37,945 nt of DNA from an uncultured Cytophagia bacterium. Its GTDB lineage: Bacteria > Zhuqueibacterota > Zhuqueibacteria > Residuimicrobiales > Oceaniaggregativiventaceae. The DNA is taken from contig CAYNUX010000001.1 in NCBI GenBank assembly GCA_964400115.1, positions 2,481 to 40,425 on the forward strand, written 5' to 3'. This document shows, in pieces, positions 34,509 to 37,945 of this stretch (the first letter of the stretch is position 1; each line of letters opens with the position of its first letter). The notes below the pieces were generated by a model, which had not been told where the DNA came from, did not search any database, and was given only the letters and a program-made list of their open reading frames with translations. The position numbers and the translations under genes are program-made.

Positions 34509-35930
34509 ATGGAACAAATGAACAAATCTCTGCTGATTATCGAAAAAGAAGATTATATCCAAAAATTGATAAACGGACTTGCAGAACAAGATACTTTGGA
34601 TATAATGACAGTCCACGATCTTTCACAGGCATCACATATTTTGCAGGACATCCATTCTATAGGTGGGGCCGTCCTGGATTACACCTTTTTGAAAGATCAA
34701 ATCAGAGAGACGATCAAGGAGATAAAATCTTTTAATGACGATGCATTTATTATACTCGTCGGTCACGCACAAACAGATGAATTGGTCAGATGTATCAAAT
34801 ATGGTGCAGATGAATTTATCGACATCCCAGTCAGGGAACGAGGACTGGTAAAACAAACGATATTGAATTATTTTCACCGTAAAGAGCTGGAACACTCGGA
34901 ACACATACAAAAAGAGCTGGAAAAGCTGATTCGTCCGGAAAATAAACTCATCGGGCAGAGTCCTGCCATTATGCAGTTAAAACGCCTGATTTATAAAATC
35001 GCCCCCCTGGATTCAACCGTACTTCTTTTGGGCGAGACGGGTACAGGAAAAGAAGTGGTCGCCCGTATGATCCATTCCCTAAGTCCTCAAAGAAATTACA
35101 ATTTTGTTGCCGTGCACTGTGGAGGAATTCCCGACACTTTATTGGAAAGTACTCTTTTTGGTCATGAAAAGGGTTCCTTTACAGGTGCCTACAAAACGCA
35201 CAAAGGGTATTTTGAAAGTGCCGGTAAAGGAACGATCTTGCTGGACGAAATCGGAGATACCACACCCTCTTTTCAGGTGAAACTACTCAGAGTACTCCAG
35301 GAAAAAGAGTTTCGTCGTATCGGCGGAACAGATATCTTGCATTCAAATGCCCGGATTTTGGCAGCTACAAATCGGAACCTCTCGAAAATGGTCAAAGAAG
35401 GCATCTTTCGCGAAGATCTCTATTACCGGCTGAACGTAATCACATTGCAGGTCGCAGCCTTACGGGAACGGCGGGATGATATTCCGATTTTTATTCGTCA
35501 CTTTGTCAATTCGTTTTCCAAAAAAAACAACAATCTAGGGGTTTATCTCAAACCAGAGACTATAGAAATTTTACTTAAACAGCAATGGAAAGGCAATGTC
35601 AGAGAGCTGGAAAATATCATTGAACGGCTCGTAGCTCTGGCAGAATCGGACTGGATCAGTCCCTCGGACTTGCCGGAAGAGTGCTTGCAGGCACAGGACA
35701 ATACTCTTATTGCCGATATTCATACCCTGCCCTATGCAGAAGCAAAAAATCTCTTTGAAAAAGAGTACATTCGCTCCTTGCTCAAGCGAACACAGGGCAA
35801 TATTTCACAGGCCGCCAAACTCGCGGGTATGCCCAGACAAAATTTACATCTTAAAATAAAAAAGCACAGTATCAGACCCAAAGCACCGGCCTATACATCA
35901 AGACGTTCTGCGGTTCTTGAAAAGGTGTGA
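34509..35930 (+). CDS. sigma-54-dependent activator with a degenerate (pseudo-)receiver domain
   Basis: GETGTGKE, EKGSFTGA (a GAFTGA variant) and HTH AAKLAGMPRQNLHLKI. The REC-like N-terminus has IIEKED in place of DDE/D, VGH in place of the conserved T/S, and DIP in place of KP. ATG 34518 is an alternative start. Confidence 0.85.
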   Translation: MEQMNKSLLIIEKEDYIQKLINGLAEQDTLDIMTVHDLSQASHILQDIHSIGGAVLDYTFLKDQIRETIKEIKSFNDDAFIILVGHAQTDELVRCIKYGADEFIDIPVRERGLVKQTILNYFHRKELEHSEHIQKELEKLIRPENKLIGQSPAIMQLKRLIYKIAPLDSTVLLLGETGTGKEVVARMIHSLSPQRNYNFVAVHCGGIPDTLLESTLFGHEKGSFTGAYKTHKGYFESAGKGTILLDEIGDTTPSFQVKLLRVLQEKEFRRIGGTDILHSNARILAATNRNLSKMVKEGIFREDLYYRLNVITLQVAALRERRDDIPIFIRHFVNSFSKKNNNLGVYLKPETIEILLKQQWKGNVRELENIIERLVALAESDWISPSDLPEECLQAQDNTLIADIHTLPYAEAKNLFEKEYIRSLLKRTQGNISQAAKLAGMPRQNLHLKIKKHSIRPKAPAYTSRRSAVLEKV

Positions 35931-35932
35931 AA

Positions 35933-36109
35933 TCAAATATAATTCTTGGCCATTTGGGTGATATCCTGAACAAATTTGCTGATTTGATTCTGGCTCGTAA
36001 TAATTGCTGTTCTTACGGGACGGTCCATACGATCCCACAGAGGATAAACACTCGAAAACAGGACGACAATCGTTACCCATACAATTCGCACATGCCTTTT
36101 CTCTGCCAT
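35933..36109 (-). CDS. 58-aa single-TM orphan protein
   Basis: MAEKRHVRIVWVTIVVLFSSVYPLW... The ATG overlaps a TAA of the alternative upstream frame (TAATG). I recognise no family. Confidence 0.35.
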   Translation of the reverse strand: MAEKRHVRIVWVTIVVLFSSVYPLWDRMDRPVRTAIITSQNQISKFVQDITQMAKNYI

Positions 36110-36286
36110 TATTGAACTTGGTATAACCAGGTAAAAACAGCAATCATACCCGTCAGAATCATCAAAATACCGGAGCTGTGTTGCACGGTCTCGTTCGGGA
36201 AAAAAATAAAATATTGCAAACCAATCAAAGCCAGGTAAAAAAAAGCTAGCGAGAAGAAATGGCCGCCATTTTGCTCTCGTTTTCAT
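36109..36286 (-). pseudogene. small two-TM protein gene that needs a one-base frame change at an A8/T8 run (36237-36244)
   Basis: ATG 36286 opens 16 codons before the T8 run. One base fewer would give MKTRAKWRPFLLASFFYLALIGLQYFIFFPNETVQHSSGILMILTGMIAVFTWLYQVQ* ending at TAA 36109-36111. As sequenced, the frame instead reads through as the 117-aa ORF 35933..36286. Confidence 0.35.
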
Positions 36287-36551
36287 GTTTTTTCTCGCTA
36301 TTTTCTAAAAATAAAACATACCCTTGATAATCGAGTGGATACTTTTGACAATCATTGGATATTGCAAATTTCACCAAGGATTCTTCCAGGTTAAGATCAA
36401 ATCCTACTAAAAAAACCTTTTGGATTCGAATCAGAGAACAAGAATTCAACATTTTCACAATGAGGCACCACAAACTTTTTTCTTTCACCGGCAATAAGAT
36501 ATATACTTGATCAAAAAAACTAGCCCGATTGGCCATCATTTCCACCCGCAT
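36246..36551 (-). CDS. 101-aa orphan protein
   Basis: The ORF starts 3 nt after the stop of the Ig-repeat gene. AT-rich, no recognisable motif. Its 3' end overlaps the next start by 41 nt. Confidence 0.35.
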   Translation of the reverse strand: MRVEMMANRASFFDQVYILLPVKEKSLWCLIVKMLNSCSLIRIQKVFLVGFDLNLEESLVKFAISNDCQKYPLDYQGYVLFLENSEKKHENESKMAAISSR

Positions 36552-36554
36552 ACC

Positions 36555-37899
36555 TTATTCGAGTCGCATTTCAATAGGCACCGCAAGCACACCATCACCA
36601 TTCGGGCTCTCGAGGGTGATTTTTACGGTGGCTCTTCCGGGTTCGTCTTTCCCGGATTTGAGATTGTTGGTAAGCGCAGTGCTGAAAAAAGTTGTTCCCA
36701 TACCATAACGGTTACCTTCGGGCATCAAGTCTTCTTTCAAGAGCTCTCCCAGGTCTGCTTTAGCCTTTAGACTCGAACCTGCGGCCACCGGATTACCATT
36801 GATATCATACAAGCGAATGAGAATATTGGCTGTTTCCCCGGGTAAAAGTTCAGTTTTATCTGTCGTAGCGGTGAAACGCAAAACCCCCTGACTGAATACC
36901 ACCATATTATACGCCCAAACCGTGATATCATTGCCATTCTGGTCTTTGCCACGCGTACTGGCAAGCACAACAGCAATCCCGTCATTTTCTCTCAAATCCC
37001 CCATACTGTTGCGGATAATACTGGACTCAAAATCCGGTACTCCAAAATCGAACATCAACCCCGGTTCATTGTAATTCGGCATACAGCAGGCAGATTGATG
37101 GTTGACATCTATGGATCCCATAACAGGAAACGGATTGGTAGACAGCAATATAGCCGAAGCCATTCCGAGCTCACAGGTCTCTGCATCGGTGGTAACTCCT
37201 CCCCCTGTGCTGGTAAAATAAACAGTCGTGCCTTGCTCGATGGGATTGTTATACTTGTCCACAAAAATAGCCGTAACCCCGATTTCCTGAACCGGATTGG
37301 CAAAGGCCACGTTATGTTTTCCGGGTTCGACCAGGACGATGCCATGCTGAATCACGTGGTTCGGGTCTGCCGGGTCCACCCACATATAGGGCGGCCCGGA
37401 TCGCACCACGATATTGGTGGTCTGTGCGGCCACAGAAGGATTGTCTGCCAGCTCTGCCCGTATCTGTATGGTTCCGGATTTTGTGCCGGACTGTAGCTGG
37501 GCACTGGCCACCCCTGATACGGTCTGTATGGTCTCTGACTGATAAGAGGTGGAACCCGATGGAATCAGATTTTCACCACCCCCGGGACCATTGACAATCC
37601 TGAATCGCACACCGGCATTCACATCGATAGGCTCGCCAGAGGCACCGATAACAGTCGCGGTAATGTCTGTCTGTTGCAAGTGACCGGTTTCACGTACCCA
37701 GATAAACGGGTTTGCCGTGGAAAGCAAAATATGTGTGGGATAGTTTTTCTCAAAATGCACGGTCACGGTATCGCTCAGGTTGTGAAACGTCGCGACAACC
37801 TGCGCACTACTGACCTCGGTGCGGCTGGAGGCGATCAACCCCACAGTGGCCTGGCCAAATTGATCGGTTTCCGAACTCGCAGGAATCACCCCGGCACTG
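36555..37899 (-). CDS. 5'-partial large surface protein made of bacterial Ig-like (Big_1/invasin-like) domains
   Basis: Repeated ...TDQFGQATVGLIASS.....AQVVAT..., ...VSGVASAQLQSGTKSGTIQIRAEL... and similar beta-sandwich units. The ORF-track start (37916) lies inside adapter sequence, so the true 5' end lies off the contig. Confidence 0.7.
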
Positions 37900-37945
37900 A
37901 GATCGGAAGAGCACACGTCTGAACTCCAGTCACGTGAAACGATCT
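37900..37945 (+). other. Illumina TruSeq indexed adapter (non-biological sequence)
   Basis: AGATCGGAAGAGCACACGTCTGAACTCCAGTCAC at 37900-37933, then GTGAAA (index) and CGATCT, the start of the adapter's ATCTCGTATGCCG... tail. Confidence 0.95.

Noticed and set aside
1-37945. Mobile elements, prophage, defence islands, toxin-antitoxin pairs, tRNA/rRNA genes
   Set aside because: I found no integrase, transposase or recombinase motifs, no terminal inverted repeats flanking a cassette, no tRNA-like cloverleaf in the intergenic gaps and no nuclease/ATPase defence signatures. The window reads as core or accessory chromosomal operons.

Overview
This is a metagenome-style contig. I found no rRNA, tRNA, CRISPR array, transposase, integrase or recognisable defence gene. 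Two proteins end in the NYPNPFNP-type T9SS sorting domain, so the host is most likely an uncultivated member of the FCB (Bacteroidota-related) group. By eye the sequence is moderately AT-rich. About 40 genes are tightly packed, and many are joined by 4-nt ATGA stop/start overlaps.

Gene content:
- A sigma-54 activator followed by two secreted FN3/Ig-repeat T9SS cargo proteins.
- An orphan EcfA ATPase, a PHP histidinol phosphatase and a Memo-like protein.
- A NodB deacetylase, a nitroreductase, a carbamoyltransferase, a glucuronokinase-like GHMP kinase, MutY, a GT9 heptosyltransferase and a YacP/NYN protein.
- A histidine kinase plus NtrC-type regulator, then two HU-like genes, one of them fused to a TM segment and a LysM domain.
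- An LMW phosphatase, a PmoA-like DUF6807 lipoprotein and a large FAD/Fe-S D-lactate-dehydrogenase-like oxidase.
- A PiT-PhoU phosphate transporter next to a split Ppx/GppA and HD pair.
- A flippase-like membrane protein, a third sigma-54 activator with a degenerate receiver domain, and a 5'-partial Big_1-type Ig-repeat protein followed by tiny orphan ORFs.

Most notable observations:
1. The window is dense in sigma-54 regulation: three enhancer-binding proteins and four GG-N10-G(C/T) promoters. One apparent circuit runs from a sensor-less activator to a mini FN3-CTD protein and then to a 1268-aa T9SS surface protein.
2. Three conserved genes (SfsA, a DUF2520 Rossmann protein and dGTPase) are reduced to short stubs. 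Two keep both termini and one keeps only the N-terminus. All remain embedded in their operons, and two of the three are joined to a neighbouring gene by an ATGA overlap.
3. An A8/T8 homopolymer separates a start codon from a much more protein-like two-TM reading frame, which ends in a TAATG coupling to the next small gene.
4. The right contig end (37900-37945) is Illumina TruSeq adapter with index GTGAAA. It creates a false start codon for the last ORF.

Every family assignment comes from reading motifs by eye. No searches were run.
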